This document shows positions 29,586 to 41,010 of a stretch of 64,000 nt of DNA, piece by piece. The notes below the pieces were generated by a model. It did no database searches. It was given only the letters and a program-made list of their open reading frames with translations, and had not been told where the DNA came from. A program made the position numbers and the translations under genes. The stretch lies in NCBI GenBank assembly GCA_965262115.1, contig OZ253496.1, positions 1,056,001 through 1,120,000 of the forward strand. Direction: 5' to 3'. Source of the stretch: Nitrospinales bacterium. Its GTDB lineage: Bacteria; Nitrospinota; Nitrospinia; Nitrospinales; VA-1. Every line of letters begins with the position of its first letter. The first letter of the stretch is position 1.

Positions 29586-30971
29586 TTAGAATTTGGCGTG
29601 TTTGGGGGTTCTGGGAAAGGGGATCACGTCGCGGATATTTTCCATGCCAGTGACGAACTGGACCAGCCGTTCGAATCCTAACCCAAATCCAGAGTGAGGT
29701 GCCGAGCCAAATTTCCTGAGATCGAGGTACCACCAGTATTCTTCCGGATTAAGGTCTTTGTCCCGCATCCGTTGTAACAACACATCATAGTTTTCTTCAC
29801 GCTGACTACCGCCGATAATTTCCCCAAGGTTGGGCAGAAGCACATCCATAGCTCGCACGGTTTCACCGCCCTCATTGAGTTTCATGTAAAAAGATTTAAT
29901 CTGCTCCGGGTAGTTGAACACGATGATCGGTTTTTTGAAAACCTTCTCGCTGAGATAACGCTCATGTTCCGCCTGGAGGGCAAGACCCCACTCCACCGGA
30001 TAGGTAAAGGTCTCAGATGATTTTTGCAATTGGTGAATAGCGTCGGTATAGGTCAACCTCTCGAACCTCTTGTCGGTAATGTTTCTTAAGGTTTCAAGAA
30101 TGGTGGTGTCGATGCGCTTGTTAAAAAATTCCATGTCTTCCGCGCAATGTTCCATCACATCCGACAACAGGTATTTGATGAATTCCTCTGCCAGGTCCAT
30201 ATCATCATCCAGGTCATAAAATGCCATTTCCGGTTCCACCATCCAGAATTCAGCGAGGTGCCGACTGGTGTTGGAGTTTTCGGCGCGAAAAGTAGGACCA
30301 AAGGTATAAACTTCTGAAAGGGCCATAGCATAGATTTCACCTTCCAGTTGCCCGCTGACGGTGAGCGCGGTTTTTTCGCCAAAGAAATCCTGAGCATAAT
30401 CAATTTTACCATCCACACTGGGAGGTTTGGCAAGATCCAGAGTCGTCACCTGAAACATTTCCCCAGCCCCTTCGCAATCGCTGGTGGTCACGATAGGCGT
30501 GTTCAGATAAAGAAAACCTTTTTCCTGAAAAAACTGGTGAATGGCAAAAGCCAGTCGGTTTCGCACCCGCATGACCGCGCCAAAAGTATTGGTACGTGGG
30601 CGAAGGTGAGCAATTTCACGCAAATACTCAAAAGAATGACGTTTCTTCTGCAAAGGATAAGTGTCGACCGGGGCTGGGCCGTAAACCTGAATTTCTGTGG
30701 CCTGAACTTCCTTGGACTGGCCCTTGCCTTGTGAGGTTACAAGGTTGCCGCGCACCGCCAGGCAACTACCGGTGGTCATCTGTTTCTCGATAGAGGAATA
30801 ATTCGAAAGGGTGTGTTCAGCCACCACTTGAATATTAGCGAGACAGGAACCGTCATTGATTTCCAGAAAGGAAAAACCTCCCTTGGAATCGCGGCGGGTT
30901 CTCACCCAACCCTTAACCAGCACTTCTCCCTCCTCAGCTTTGAAGAGGTCTTTAATTTTTGTCCGTTTCAT
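29586..30971 (-). CDS. asnS: Asparagine--tRNA ligase
   Basis: [62 protein letters not shown]. Confidence 0.97.
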   Translation of the reverse strand: MKRTKIKDLFKAEEGEVLVKGWVRTRRDSKGGFSFLEINDGSCLANIQVVAEHTLSNYSSIEKQMTTGSCLAVRGNLVTSQGKGQSKEVQATEIQVYGPAPVDTYPLQKKRHSFEYLREIAHLRPRTNTFGAVMRVRNRLAFAIHQFFQEKGFLYLNTPIVTTSDCEGAGEMFQVTTLDLAKPPSVDGKIDYAQDFFGEKTALTVSGQLEGEIYAMALSEVYTFGPTFRAENSNTSRHLAEFWMVEPEMAFYDLDDDMDLAEEFIKYLLSDVMEHCAEDMEFFNKRIDTTILETLRNITDKRFERLTYTDAIHQLQKSSETFTYPVEWGLALQAEHERYLSEKVFKKPIIVFNYPEQIKSFYMKLNEGGETVRAMDVLLPNLGEIIGGSQREENYDVLLQRMRDKDLNPEEYWWYLDLRKFGSAPHSGFGLGFERLVQFVTGMENIRDVIPFPRTPKHAKF

Positions 30972-31123
30972 AAACTCGACTTACCCCTATTTAAGTACTC
31001 CCTGACAAGCGCTCTTCCCATTGACAATAAAGGAGTTTTCAGATATTTTAGGGAGAGCAGTTAGCAATGATTTTTTCCAGCGTTCCAAAGAAATTAACCG
31101 GAAAAACCTACACCCCATATTTT

Positions 31124-31423
31124 GTGTTTATTCTAGGAAATTTACTGAGTGCAACCGCCCAGGTCCTGAACATTATTTTACAGCTTTATATGTGGATCAT
31201 TATCATCCGCGCCCTATTATCCTGGGTGAATCCGGATCCGTATAATCCCATCGTCCAATTTTTATACAGTATCACAGAACCGGTTTTGCTTCGAGTGCGG
31301 CAGTTAATCCCCATGTCCGGAATAGGAATCGATTTTTCGCCAATCATTGTTCTTCTGGTAATTATTTTCCTTCAAAGTTTTTTGGTCCAGTCGCTGGGGG
31401 CCTTGGCACTGAGACTACAATGA
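31124..31423 (+). CDS. yggT: YggT-family membrane protein
   Basis: IIRALLSWVNPDPYNPIVQFL, TEP, IDFSP; GTG start chosen (ORF open from 31067). Confidence 0.9.
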   Translation: MFILGNLLSATAQVLNIILQLYMWIIIIRALLSWVNPDPYNPIVQFLYSITEPVLLRVRQLIPMSGIGIDFSPIIVLLVIIFLQSFLVQSLGALALRLQ

Positions 31424-31429
31424 TCTATC

Positions 31430-32020
31430 ATGCGCCTGACTTATCTTGACATTCTAGAGCAATGCTTCCACGACAAGTTTCGTGGCTATAACAAGCAGGA
31501 GGTCGACACCTTCCTCCACCTTGTGGCCGATGATTTTAAATCCATGGCCGAAGACCTCAAGGATAATGACCGGCAGATCGACTTAAAAAACGAGGCAATT
31601 AAAGAACTCAAACAAAATCTGGACGCGCTTTCCCAACAAGAACCCGAAACCAGAACCTCTCCCGAGGTGGAAGAAGAGTTACGGACTCTTAGAAAAGAGT
31701 TGGGAGAAAAAGACCAGCTGATTCAGGAAATGGAAAAAGCCAATGAAGGCCAGTCAAATGGCAATGGCGCGTTTTCGCAGTTAACGCCAGAGATGTTGAA
31801 AGAAAAAGCAAAAAAAATCATCAACACCGCAAAGCAACATGCAGAACAACATAAAGCAAACGCCGCAAAAGAGCTGGACTCCATACAGAAGGATATCCAG
31901 AAATTACAAAAACAGAAACAACAGCTGATGGATAATATCCGGGCCACTGCGGTAGAGCATTTAAACAAATTTAAAGCGGGAACCCAAAACGGCAATGCCG
32001 GAAACTCAGCTCAGGATTAA
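31430..32020 (+). CDS. DivIVA domain protein
   Basis: LTYLDI...FRGYNKQEVDTFL followed by coiled coil. Confidence 0.88.
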   Translation: MRLTYLDILEQCFHDKFRGYNKQEVDTFLHLVADDFKSMAEDLKDNDRQIDLKNEAIKELKQNLDALSQQEPETRTSPEVEEELRTLRKELGEKDQLIQEMEKANEGQSNGNGAFSQLTPEMLKEKAKKIINTAKQHAEQHKANAAKELDSIQKDIQKLQKQKQQLMDNIRATAVEHLNKFKAGTQNGNAGNSAQD

Positions 32021-32327
32021 TCCTTGCGAAAATGGAATCCGGTTCTCAGCCGTCATCCAGCCCAGGTCATCCCAGAACGAAGTTTCGGGGATTCATAATA
32101 ATTCCTTAAAAATTCGATTGACCTCACCACCGGTAGACGGAGCCGCCAACAAAACCTGCGTCAAGTTCCTGGCCAAGTGGCTGGGGGTGAATCCCTCCAG
32201 GGTCTGTATCGTCGCGGGACTCAGCAGTAAAAACAAAACCATCGAAATTAACAGGATGGATGAATCTGATTTTCGAGAAAAACTGACCGCTAAAATTCCC
32301 AACCTTTTTAAAGAAAATAATTCATGA
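31995..32327 (+). CDS. DUF167 (YggU) family protein
   Basis: [27 protein letters not shown]. Confidence 0.88.
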   Translation: MPETQLRINPCENGIRFSAVIQPRSSQNEVSGIHNNSLKIRLTSPPVDGAANKTCVKFLAKWLGVNPSRVCIVAGLSSKNKTIEINRMDESDFREKLTAKIPNLFKENNS

Positions 32328-33364
32328 TCAAAACCATCGAGTATGTAGACGGAGTGGTGAGGATGATTGATCAGACTCGTCTTCCGGCCGAAAAAGTTTT
32401 TGTTGACTGCAAAACTGTTGAAGAAGTTGGGCAGGCCATTAAATCCATGATTATCCGGGGAGCACCGGCCATCGGTGTCGCGGCGGCCATGGGGGTCAGC
32501 CTCGGAGCCGATGCGATCACCGCCTCCAACTTCGATGAATTTTACAGCGCGATGGAAAAGCAATGCGACCACCTCGGAAAATCCCGGCCTACCGCTGTGA
32601 ATCTCGCCTGGGCCATCAACCGGATGAAACAGCTTGCGAGGGATTCAAAAAACCTTCCTATCCCCGAACTGAAAGCCCGGTTGAAGGAAGAAGCACTCAC
32701 CATCCTGACCGAAGATATCAGCATCAACAAGGCAATGGGACAACACGGGCAGACTCTGGTTGAAAACGACAATGTGGTATTGACCCACTGCAACGCCGGG
32801 GCTTTGGCGACAGCAGGTTTCGGCACCGCGCTGGGAGTGATTCGCGCATCCATCAACGCGGGGAAAAATATCCGAGTATTGGCTAACGAGACACGGCCTT
32901 TCCTGCAAGGGGCAAGGCTAACAGCGTGGGAACTCAAAGAAGATAATATTCCCGTCAAACTTATTACCGATAATATGTGCGGTTTCTTTATGAAAAACAA
33001 GGAAGTCGATCTGGTCGTTGTCGGGGCCGACCGTATTGCGGGAAATGGCGATGTCGCCAACAAAATAGGCACCTATATGGTTGCGGTGCTTGCCAAAGAA
33101 AACAATATTCCATTTTACGTCGCCGCGCCTGTCTCTACTCTGGACCTTTCCCTGGCGTCCGGCGATGAAATCCCCATAGAAGAACGCTCGGCGGAAGAAG
33201 TGGTGAACATCAACAGAAAAAGAATTGCACCCGAGGGCATCGAGGTGGCACATCCCGCGTTTGATATCACCCCCAATAAACTGGTCACCGCTATCATCAC
33301 CGAAGAGGGTATTGCCCGTCCTCCCTTCACCGAGTCGCTCAAGGCGATGGCGCAAAAGAAATGA
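32324..33364 (+). CDS. mtnA: S-methyl-5-thioribose-1-phosphate isomerase
   Basis: [57 protein letters not shown]. Confidence 0.95.
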   Translation: MIKTIEYVDGVVRMIDQTRLPAEKVFVDCKTVEEVGQAIKSMIIRGAPAIGVAAAMGVSLGADAITASNFDEFYSAMEKQCDHLGKSRPTAVNLAWAINRMKQLARDSKNLPIPELKARLKEEALTILTEDISINKAMGQHGQTLVENDNVVLTHCNAGALATAGFGTALGVIRASINAGKNIRVLANETRPFLQGARLTAWELKEDNIPVKLITDNMCGFFMKNKEVDLVVVGADRIAGNGDVANKIGTYMVAVLAKENNIPFYVAAPVSTLDLSLASGDEIPIEERSAEEVVNINRKRIAPEGIEVAHPAFDITPNKLVTAIITEEGIARPPFTESLKAMAQKK

Positions 33365-34350
33365 GAGCCATAATCCTGGCGGCAGGCTTCGGCACCCGCC
33401 TCAAGCCCCTCACACTGGGCCTTCCCAAACCTATGTTCCCTGTTTTAAACCGGCCCCTTCTGGAACACACACTGAACTTTTTAAGTTCCAATGGCATTCA
33501 AGACATCATTATCAATGTGCATCACCTGCCCGAGAAAATTGTCGAGCATTTCGGCAATGGTGCGGATTTCGGAGTGCGCCTGCAGTTTTCCAGAGAAGAA
33601 GAAATCCTTGGAACCGCCGGCGGACTCAAAAAGGCCCAGTCATTCCTTGAAAAAGAAACATTTTTGGTGATGAACAGCGACGTATTCGCAGATATCGATC
33701 TGGACACAGTCCTCAGTTTTCATAAAGAAAAAAACTCCTGCCTGACACTGGTGGTGAGGAAGGACGCCGAGCCGGAAAAATATGAGCCTATTGAGATGGC
33801 CGATGACGGGCGCATCACACGCTTTGTGAATGCGTCCATTAAAAATCCTCCTGCAACAACCCAAAGGGTCATGTTCACCGGAATACAGATCATGGAACCG
33901 GAAATATTTTCCCGCATACCTGCAGGCAAATTCTATGGTACGGCAGAAGACGTGTTCCCCGCGATGATCGAAGAGGGGCTACCGGTTTATGGAATATTGC
34001 ATAAGAAATACTGGATCGACATGGGGACGCGGGAAACCTATATTCAGGCCCAGGCCGATGCCTTGGAAGGAAAGTTAGCGTTAAAAACCTCGCCATCGAG
34101 AAACCCCGAAGGCCCTCTGGTGGTACCACCGGTTCATATCGGGGAAGACTGCGAAATCTCTAATAACGCACAGGTAGGCCCCTATGCAGTGCTGGGGGAT
34201 GGATGTCGTCTGCGATCAGGTACTGTCGTGGAAAATTCCATACTCTGGGCAGGGGCTACCATCGGTTCCGGCGCCACCGTTAAAAACTCCATTATTGGGA
34301 AGGGAGTCGCTGTAGAAAATGACGCGCAAGTGATAGATGCGTCCTTTTGA
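33361..34350 (+). CDS. NDP-sugar pyrophosphorylase family protein with hexapeptide-repeat tail
   Basis: [31 protein letters not shown]-terminal left-handed beta-helix repeats. Confidence 0.9.
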   Translation: MRAIILAAGFGTRLKPLTLGLPKPMFPVLNRPLLEHTLNFLSSNGIQDIIINVHHLPEKIVEHFGNGADFGVRLQFSREEEILGTAGGLKKAQSFLEKETFLVMNSDVFADIDLDTVLSFHKEKNSCLTLVVRKDAEPEKYEPIEMADDGRITRFVNASIKNPPATTQRVMFTGIQIMEPEIFSRIPAGKFYGTAEDVFPAMIEEGLPVYGILHKKYWIDMGTRETYIQAQADALEGKLALKTSPSRNPEGPLVVPPVHIGEDCEISNNAQVGPYAVLGDGCRLRSGTVVENSILWAGATIGSGATVKNSIIGKGVAVENDAQVIDASF

Positions 34351-34391
34351 GGGGAAACATACTCCTAAAGTTTTAACTTCCCCCTGACAAG

Positions 34392-34519
34392 GAGAGCTTT
34401 GCATAAGTCGAAAAATCGAAGAACCGAGATGCTTCGACAAGCTCAGCATGACAATACTGGGCCATTTTGTCATTCTGAGGAGCAAGGTGACGAAGAATCT
34501 TGGGTTATGCAAAGGTCTC
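34392..34519. mobile_element. MITE copy 3 (more diverged)
   Basis: GAGAGCTTTGCATAA...TTATGCAAAGGTCTC; flanks CCTGACAAG/CCTGAGAAG; sits inside a CCCCCTGAGAAGGGGG palindrome. Confidence 0.85.
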
Positions 34520-34623
34520 CCTGAGAAGGGGGATTGAGGGGGTTTGCTTTTAGGGACTTGCGGGGTGTGGTTATCACTAAGTTGACACGGATGAAACTTT
34601 CATCCATGCCAACTCACACTTGT

Positions 34624-35301
34624 CTACAAAAGTTTGTGGTTACTCAGCGTCATGGTAGAAACTGAAATCGCGCCTTCTTCGCAGTTGATGATACGGCGCT
34701 GTTTAGGAAGATCCGCTTCCCCCACTCTTGTATATTCATCCGTGTAACTTTCCACATCTTTCAAGCCTTTGGTTTCCGGATTGAAATAGAACACGGAGTA
34801 TTTATGGGTCAGGTATTTGCCATCCTGGTTTTTCCGGCTCTCTTCAATATTGATGGAAAAAGAAAAGCGCGGTGTCTGCCGGTTGATCTGCTGGATTCTG
34901 CCGTCCTTGATGCGGTAGAACGAACTCATGCCGTCTCCGCCCATGACGAGTTTTCTTCCCAACGGGTGCGTGCCATCATCTCCAAAGCTAAGCTTGTATT
35001 TGCCATCTGACTCATCAAAAGAACGCGGACCCCGGTGCATGGCAATCGAAGCCAGATTTTCCGTGAGAAAGCCCTTGGCTTTTTCTTCGCTGATATCGGT
35101 TTCGATTTCTTTGGGACCTTTAACCGTCACCGTGCCCTTTTGTTCATCACCATTTATATTTGCCGTCACATCTGCGGTGAAGCCACCGAACCTGGTCGGC
35201 CATCGGGCGGTGTTGGAAAATACTTCCTGCATCGCTTTGCGTGCCTCGGCATCATCTTCCAATGCAGTTTCGACATCTTTTTCCTTCGTGTAGGTTGCCA
35301 T
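34624..35301 (-). CDS. DUF3386-like protein
   Basis: WPTRFGGFTAD, IAMHR, GDGMSSFYRIKDG, QINR; AAGGAG RBS before MATYTK. Confidence 0.7.
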   Translation of the reverse strand: MATYTKEKDVETALEDDAEARKAMQEVFSNTARWPTRFGGFTADVTANINGDEQKGTVTVKGPKEIETDISEEKAKGFLTENLASIAMHRGPRSFDESDGKYKLSFGDDGTHPLGRKLVMGGDGMSSFYRIKDGRIQQINRQTPRFSFSINIEESRKNQDGKYLTHKYSVFYFNPETKGLKDVESYTDEYTRVGEADLPKQRRIINCEEGAISVSTMTLSNHKLL

Positions 35302-35395
35302 GCAAAATCTCCTTAAAAACGAAAAGAGCCTGTCCAAACTTCGGAGCAAACTTATGAGTCATAAAAAAATTGTATGAGAATCAGACGATTATACC

Positions 35396-35794
35396 TTATT
35401 TTACCGCTACGCTGATATCAGGAATGCCTTTTTTTTGTAACAGGCCCATGACCTGAATCACATCACCATAAGGAAGGGATTTATCAGCTCGGATGGTGGC
35501 GCTTGGCTTTTTGTCCTTGAATTGCATTTTTGCAAGGGTTGTTTCCAGCCCCAGAAGGGTTACCGGTTTGCCCCCGAGAAAGATTTTTTTGTCTTTCAAC
35601 ATCTCAACCTCCAGGGTTTTAGTGCTTTCATCAAGGACGGAGGACTTGGAAGTCGGTAAATTAATATCCATCTTTCGGCTGAAGTCCACAAACACTGTGG
35701 ACACCATAAAGAAAATAATAAGCAGGAACACCACATCAATCATGGGGGTCATATCCAACGCGAAATTATCTTCTTCTTCTTTTCTGAACTGCAT
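35396..35794 (-). CDS. exbD: Biopolymer transporter ExbD/TolR family
   Basis: DMTPMIDVVFLLIIFFMV, INLP, IRADKSLPYG. Confidence 0.9.
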   Translation of the reverse strand: MQFRKEEEDNFALDMTPMIDVVFLLIIFFMVSTVFVDFSRKMDINLPTSKSSVLDESTKTLEVEMLKDKKIFLGGKPVTLLGLETTLAKMQFKDKKPSATIRADKSLPYGDVIQVMGLLQKKGIPDISVAVK

Positions 35795-35835
35795 GTGGTG
35801 AATCCCTTTAAACAAAAAGACCAATGCCTGAACGG

Positions 35836-36639
35836 TCAGCCAACGCTTGAGGTCTTTTCAGGTTTTTCCCTGGACGGTCCTGAGGTCGCAGGTTTGGCCT
35901 TTCGAATGCCATCGTAGGAAAGCTCTTCAATGAGTTGGAAGGAAATTTCTTCCATCTCGAAAACATAGCGGTCAATTTTTCCTCGGAAATAGTGATAAAA
36001 GGCCAAAGCCGGGATACCGACCACCATTCCCGCTGCGGTTGTGATCAACGCTTCGGATATGCCACTGGCCACAAGGCCGGGATTTCCGGTACCGCTGAGA
36101 GAAATCACATTGAAGGCCTTGATCATTCCGAATACAGTTCCCAAAAGGCCCATCATCGGAGTGATGTTCGCTACCGCGCCCAGCACCCGGAGATTCGAAT
36201 TCATCAGAGACGCCTCATGCTGGCCAGCGCCTTCAATCGCCCGTTCAATTTCATCAAGCTTGCCTCCCACCCGTAACACCCCCACCTTCAAAATCCGTGA
36301 AAGCGAATTGTCATAAGAGTTGCACAACTGCAGAGTTTTTTGTATGTCCTTCCAGTCCCACTGGTTCCGAACATTTTGAAGAAAGTTAGAGTTGATGATA
36401 TTTTTTCTTCTCAGGTTATAAGCACGCTCGATGGCAATCCCCAGCATGAGTACCGAGGCAAAAAGGATGGGATACATCATGAACCCGCCTTTTTCGAAGA
36501 TGGAAAGCAATTGCCACGAATCGGCGGAGGCCTGGTCTGCGGCAAAAACGAGCCCAGGAAACCCAAACAGGTTTAACAGTGCAATTTTAAAAATTCGTTT
36601 CATAATGATGGCAATTTTTTGAAGAACTTCCCCATCCAA
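35836..36639 (-). CDS. exbB: MotA/TolQ/ExbB proton channel protein
   Basis: GGFMMYPI, PMMGLLGTVFGMIKAF, GISEALITTAAG; start uncertain. Confidence 0.9.
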   Translation of the reverse strand: MDGEVLQKIAIIMKRIFKIALLNLFGFPGLVFAADQASADSWQLLSIFEKGGFMMYPILFASVLMLGIAIERAYNLRRKNIINSNFLQNVRNQWDWKDIQKTLQLCNSYDNSLSRILKVGVLRVGGKLDEIERAIEGAGQHEASLMNSNLRVLGAVANITPMMGLLGTVFGMIKAFNVISLSGTGNPGLVASGISEALITTAAGMVVGIPALAFYHYFRGKIDRYVFEMEEISFQLIEELSYDGIRKAKPATSGPSREKPEKTSSVG

Positions 36640-36782
36640 AAAATAAGAATATCGTCGAAGTTATAGCATGAAGTTTTCTCGATAAGCAAGGAGATTTAAA
36701 GTCCCGAAAAATGATTAAGCTCTTTAAATATAAGGTTTTTTAGTATATATTCGGGAACAACCTGCAACCATTAAACACCGTA

Positions 36783-37547
36783 ATGTCACCATTTAACCTG
36801 TCCTCAAAATTAGTTTCTTATTTCACTTTGGTTTCCGTGTTGGCGCTTTTTTGGGGCTGCGCCACCACAAAAAAGGAAAAGAACTATTCCGCAGGCCAAT
36901 TATTGCAACAAAGCAAGCGACTTGCCAAAAAGAAGGAAACCGAAGAGGCCAAAGCCAAAGTCCAGCAGTTGCTGGAAGATTATCCGGACAGCAAAGAGCG
37001 AGTAGCAGCCACCATGTTGCTCGCAGACATTCATTTCAATGCGAAAGAATATGAAGAGGCAAAATTTCACTACCAGAAGTTTACCGAACTCTATCCTGCC
37101 CACCAGTTTGTCGACCGAGCACATTATTATAAAACCATGTCCAATTTCAAGCTGATCGATTTGGCTTCCCGGGACTTAACGCCGGTTAATTCGGCACTGG
37201 AAGGCTTTCGGCGCTTTGCACAAGATTTCCCCCAAAGCTCTTACGCAAAAAAGGCAAAAATAAAAATCACCCAGTGTCTGGATGTCCTGGCGCAAAACAT
37301 GTTTGAGATCGGCAAGTTTTATTACCGCACCGGCTCCTATCAGTCGGCAATCCAAAGGCTCAAGCGCTTGAAGGTGGAATATCCCCAAAATTCCTATATT
37401 CTTGAAGCAGAGTTTTTGTTAGGCGAATCCTATTATAAGGAACAAAATTTTTCTGAAGCCCGCACTTATTATAAAAACGTTATTAAGAAATCTCCTCGAA
37501 GCGAGTTCGCGAAAGAGGCACGACTTCGCTTGAGAGCCCTGCGCTAA
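36783..37547 (+). CDS. bamD: Outer-membrane protein assembly lipoprotein BamD
   Basis: Lipobox FWGC, TPR helices, YPDS, RDLT, FPQSSY, IGKFYYR. Confidence 0.85.
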   Translation: MSPFNLSSKLVSYFTLVSVLALFWGCATTKKEKNYSAGQLLQQSKRLAKKKETEEAKAKVQQLLEDYPDSKERVAATMLLADIHFNAKEYEEAKFHYQKFTELYPAHQFVDRAHYYKTMSNFKLIDLASRDLTPVNSALEGFRRFAQDFPQSSYAKKAKIKITQCLDVLAQNMFEIGKFYYRTGSYQSAIQRLKRLKVEYPQNSYILEAEFLLGESYYKEQNFSEARTYYKNVIKKSPRSEFAKEARLRLRALR

Positions 37548-37559
37548 ACTCAAAAAACT

Positions 37560-38450
37560 ATGCCAAAGACCACCACACGCAAACCGGCAAAAACAAAGCG
37601 CGCTTCCACGGAGACGAACAAGGGGACCAACCATGACCCGCTCACCCAGTACATGGAAGAGATCAGCAAGATCAGGATTCTTACTCGGGAAGAAGAAATC
37701 AAACTGGCAAAATCCATTAAAGCCGGAGACCCTAAAGCCATTCAGGAAATGGTACGTCGAAATTTAAAATATGTAGTGACCGTGGCCAATAAATACCGGG
37801 GGCTGGGCATTTCACTCCAGGACTTGATTGAAGAAGGAAATATTGGATTGATCCAGGCCGCCAAACGTTTTGACGTTTCCAGGAATGTCAAGTTCATCAC
37901 CTATGCGGTATGGTGGATCAAGCAGGCTATCATGCACTCCCTCGCCGAACAGTCCGGCACGGTCAAGCTTCCCGTCAAGCAGGCCGGGAAAGTCCTCAAA
38001 ATCAACAAAAGAAGTCAGCAAATGGTGCAGGATCTGGAGCGCGAACCGACCCAGTCTGAACTGGCAAAGAGCCTGGGGTATGGGGATGAGGAAATCAACT
38101 CCATCATGCGCGCCTACCGGACCCACCTTTCTCTCGATTCTCCTTTAAAAGATAGTGAAGACACGCCCTATCTAGATCTTCTGGAAAACAAGGACCTCAT
38201 CCCCTACGATGACCAACTCATGCAGGCATCGCTCAGCGAAAAGGTAGACCAATTACTGGAAGACCTCTCGGAAAGAGAAGCCAGAATTCTCAAAATGCGT
38301 TTCGGTTTTTTGGACGAAGTAAAAACATTGGAGGAAATCGGAAAAGATATCGGCCTTTCCCGCGAGCGGGTGCGACAAATCGAAAAAAGGGCCAAATTAA
38401 AATTGAAGTCCAAACTGCAAAACGAATCCTGGGTCGACGAAGAAGAATGA
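37560..38450 (+). CDS. Sigma-70 family factor, RpoD/RpoS-like, lacking region 1.1
   Basis: LTREEE, NLKYVV, DLIEEGNIGL, FITYAVWWIKQAI, TLEEIG, SRERVRQIE. Confidence 0.92.
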   Translation: MPKTTTRKPAKTKRASTETNKGTNHDPLTQYMEEISKIRILTREEEIKLAKSIKAGDPKAIQEMVRRNLKYVVTVANKYRGLGISLQDLIEEGNIGLIQAAKRFDVSRNVKFITYAVWWIKQAIMHSLAEQSGTVKLPVKQAGKVLKINKRSQQMVQDLEREPTQSELAKSLGYGDEEINSIMRAYRTHLSLDSPLKDSEDTPYLDLLENKDLIPYDDQLMQASLSEKVDQLLEDLSEREARILKMRFGFLDEVKTLEEIGKDIGLSRERVRQIEKRAKLKLKSKLQNESWVDEEE

Positions 38451-38459
38451 CCCTTTATT

Positions 38460-39050
38460 ATGCTGACTGAAATTTTACCTCTTTGTCTGGTCTCGTATTT
38501 GATCGGATCCATTCCTTTCGGCGTCGTGCTGGCACGAGCCAGGAACATGGACATCCGTGAACACGGCAGCGGCAATATCGGCGCCACCAATGTGGCCCGG
38601 GTAATGGGTAAAAAAGCCGGACTGCTGGCCCTGCTGGGAGATGTACTGAAAGGGCTCCTCGTTGTTTTTGGCGCCGGATCGCTGTACGAAAAACCAATGC
38701 TGATCGCCCTCGCCGGACTCATGGTTTTTCTCGGCCACCTCTACTCCATTTTCCTGAAGTTCAAGGGCGGCAAAGGAGTCGCCACCAGCCTAGGCCTGTT
38801 TTCATATATCATGCCTTGGGCGACCCTGTGCGCGGTCGGGGTGTTTTCCGTCTGCCTGTGGGTTTCAGGCTATGTTTCCATAGGGTCAATCATGGCGGCG
38901 ATTTCCCTGCCCCTGTTTGCCATTTTTTTTAAGCTGCCACTTCCCTATATTTATCTTGCAGTCATTGTCGGCTTGTTCACCGTGCAAAGGCATTATGGCA
39001 ACATTCTTCGCCTCATCGAGGGAACCGAATCGAAGTTTATTAGAAAATAG
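38460..39050 (+). CDS. plsY: Glycerol-3-phosphate acyltransferase PlsY
   Basis: YLIGSIP, GSGNIGATN, DVLKG, GH, FKGGKGVAT, RHYGNI. Confidence 0.95.
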   Translation: MLTEILPLCLVSYLIGSIPFGVVLARARNMDIREHGSGNIGATNVARVMGKKAGLLALLGDVLKGLLVVFGAGSLYEKPMLIALAGLMVFLGHLYSIFLKFKGGKGVATSLGLFSYIMPWATLCAVGVFSVCLWVSGYVSIGSIMAAISLPLFAIFFKLPLPYIYLAVIVGLFTVQRHYGNILRLIEGTESKFIRK

Positions 39051-39053
39051 AAT

Positions 39054-39081
39054 TTGACAATCACGTTTGAGGAAATATAAT
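39054..39081 (+). promoter_or_regulatory. Sigma-70 promoter for the tRNA pair
   Basis: TTGACA-N16-TATAAT. Confidence 0.85.
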
Positions 39082-39116
39082 TGGCTTTCGGGTGTTCCAT
39101 CCAAGACAAATAAAAT

Positions 39117-39191
<75 letters not shown>

Positions 39192-39216
39192 TTTTTCCAT
39201 CGTTATAACCAAGCAG

Positions 39217-39290
39217 GGCGCCGTCGCCAAGTGGTAAGGCAGAGGTCTGCAAAATCTCTATCGGCGGTTCGAGTCCGCCCGGCGCCTCCA
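39217..39290 (+). tRNA. tRNA-Cys(GCA)
   Basis: GGCGCCG/CGGCGCC acceptor stem, CTGCAAA loop, GTTCGAG, U73 discriminator, encoded CCA. Confidence 0.97.
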
Positions 39291-39438
39291 TTTTCTCCCT
39301 CCCCCCTCTTTAGAATCTTTAAAAAAAAATCAGCTCCTCAGAAGCTCTGACCTACTAAGCCCCTCTTTTTCTCTCCCGATTTTCGAAAAAGCTTCCACTA
39401 CTTTCTAATCAGATTCTAATTTTTTGCAAAATCAGGGC

Positions 39439-39466
39439 TAAAGCTCTTTAGAACTATTGCCGAAAC
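39439..39466 (+). promoter_or_regulatory. Possible sigma-28 (FliA) promoter
   Basis: TAAA-N16-GCCGAAAC upstream of a PilZ gene. Confidence 0.4.
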
Positions 39467-39518
39467 TTACTAAAACAAGTCTTTTGTGACCTCGCATTTA
39501 GCGAAAGGAAGGTTGTTC

Positions 39519-40053
39519 ATGGTAAGCAAGTTTGGCCTAAGCATAAAGTCAAAATCGGTGTACAAGCCTATTGAACGCTGGCAGGAAGATTTTTCGTTTG
39601 AAATCCAGGGAAATTCCTGCCGATCCCAATGTGGACCGCAGGGACTTTTACCGACTTCTAGCAGATAATCAGGAGCCTCTAGACCTTTGTCTTACCTTGC
39701 AGGATGAGCGGGTGTTCTGTACAAGCATTACCGACTTAAGCGCCAGCGGCTTTGGTTGCAATATCAAAGGGCTCGCCCGGATTCACGCCGGGCAACCTAT
39801 TACGTCCGTATTTGTCCTGCCTCTGGAAGAACCTCGCATCATCAAATCGGAAGTTTTTCTGGTCTCTGTGCAAAAAGGGAATGATGAAGGTGACATTTTC
39901 CGGTTTCGCTTCTTTGAAGGAATGAAAGACGAGGACCGCGACCTGATTCACCGGTATATCGTGCTAAAACAGTTTAAGACTCTGGAAAAAATGAACCAGG
40001 CAAACTCATGGCAATATGACGAGGATTACCCGGAAGCCTCAACCGGGGATTAA
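39519..40053 (+). CDS. PilZ domain protein, possibly frameshifted near its 5' end
   Basis: RRDFYR (RxxxR) and DLSASG (DxSxxG) in ORF 39571-40053; the best RBS+ATG (39519) is in another frame and is rejoined by deleting one G near 39608-39610. Confidence 0.75.
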
Positions 40054-41010
40054 TGCCTCCACAAAATTTTCCGCAATAAATTCCTGCAAATCTTCCGGCT
40101 TCTCGCCCACTCCTACAAATCGAACCGGAAGTTTCAAATCGCCCGTTATATTGAACAACACCCCACCCTTTGCCGTTCCATCCAACTTGGTCATCACCAA
40201 CCCATCCACTTCCAGCGCTTTATTAAATAATCGCGCCTGAGAGATGCTGTTTTGCCCGATGGTCGCGTCCAGAACCAGCAAGGTTTCATGAGGGGCTCCC
40301 GGCAAGACTTTTCCAATCACCCGTTTTACTTTTTTCAATTCTTCCATCAGGTTGGTATTGGTTTGCAACCGCCCTGCCGTGTCAATGATAACCAGATCCA
40401 TCTCACGTACCACTCCGGCCTGAACCGCATCGTAAGCGACGGCAGAAGGATCCGCGCCGCTCTTCTGGCTGATGCAGGGGATGTCTGATCTCTCCGCCCA
40501 AACCTGCAACTGGTCAATAGCAGCAGCCCTGAATGTGTCTCCGGCCGCCAGCAAAACTTTTTTGCCCTGCTGCTTCCAATGCCGGGCCAGCTTTCCGATG
40601 GTGGTGGTTTTGCCCGAACCATTCACCCCCACAACCAGTATCACAAAGGGCTGGTGTTCTGAAAACGACATGGGCTTCTGGTTTTGCGATAGGACATGGA
40701 CCATGCGTTGTTTTAATTGTTCCAGCACTTCCTTGTTTTCACGAATCCGGTTCTGGGAAACTTCGCGTTTTAAGTCCTCCAGAATGAAGGAGGTGATCTG
40801 CATGCCCACATCGGCGATGAGGAGAGTTTCTTCAAGTTCTTCCAGTAGTTCCGGTCCAACTTTCGCCCTGCCGTGAACAATATTGTCAAAGCCCCCTGCC
40901 AGATTCGAGCGGGTCTTTGACAGCCCGGATTTCAGTCGGGCAAAAAACCCTGATTCAGGGTCATTTTCTGCCGCTGATTCGTCAGCCATTCCATTCTCCA
41001 TTGTCTTCAT
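40039..41010 (-). CDS. ftsY: Signal recognition particle receptor FtsY
   Basis: RLKSGLSKTR, GVNGSGKTTTIGKLA, DTFRAAA, DTAGR, TKLDGTAKGG, GVGE; start may be a slightly later ATG. Confidence 0.96.
   Translation of the reverse strand: MKTMENGMADESAAENDPESGFFARLKSGLSKTRSNLAGGFDNIVHGRAKVGPELLEELEETLLIADVGMQITSFILEDLKREVSQNRIRENKEVLEQLKQRMVHVLSQNQKPMSFSEHQPFVILVVGVNGSGKTTTIGKLARHWKQQGKKVLLAAGDTFRAAAIDQLQVWAERSDIPCISQKSGADPSAVAYDAVQAGVVREMDLVIIDTAGRLQTNTNLMEELKKVKRVIGKVLPGAPHETLLVLDATIGQNSISQARLFNKALEVDGLVMTKLDGTAKGGVLFNITGDLKLPVRFVGVGEKPEDLQEFIAENFVEALIPG

Noticed and set aside
39420..39470. c-di-GMP-I riboswitch upstream of the PilZ gene
   Set aside because: Only a loose GCAAA...GGGCTAA resemblance; the GGCAAAC/GAAA first half is missing and a sigma-28 promoter fits better
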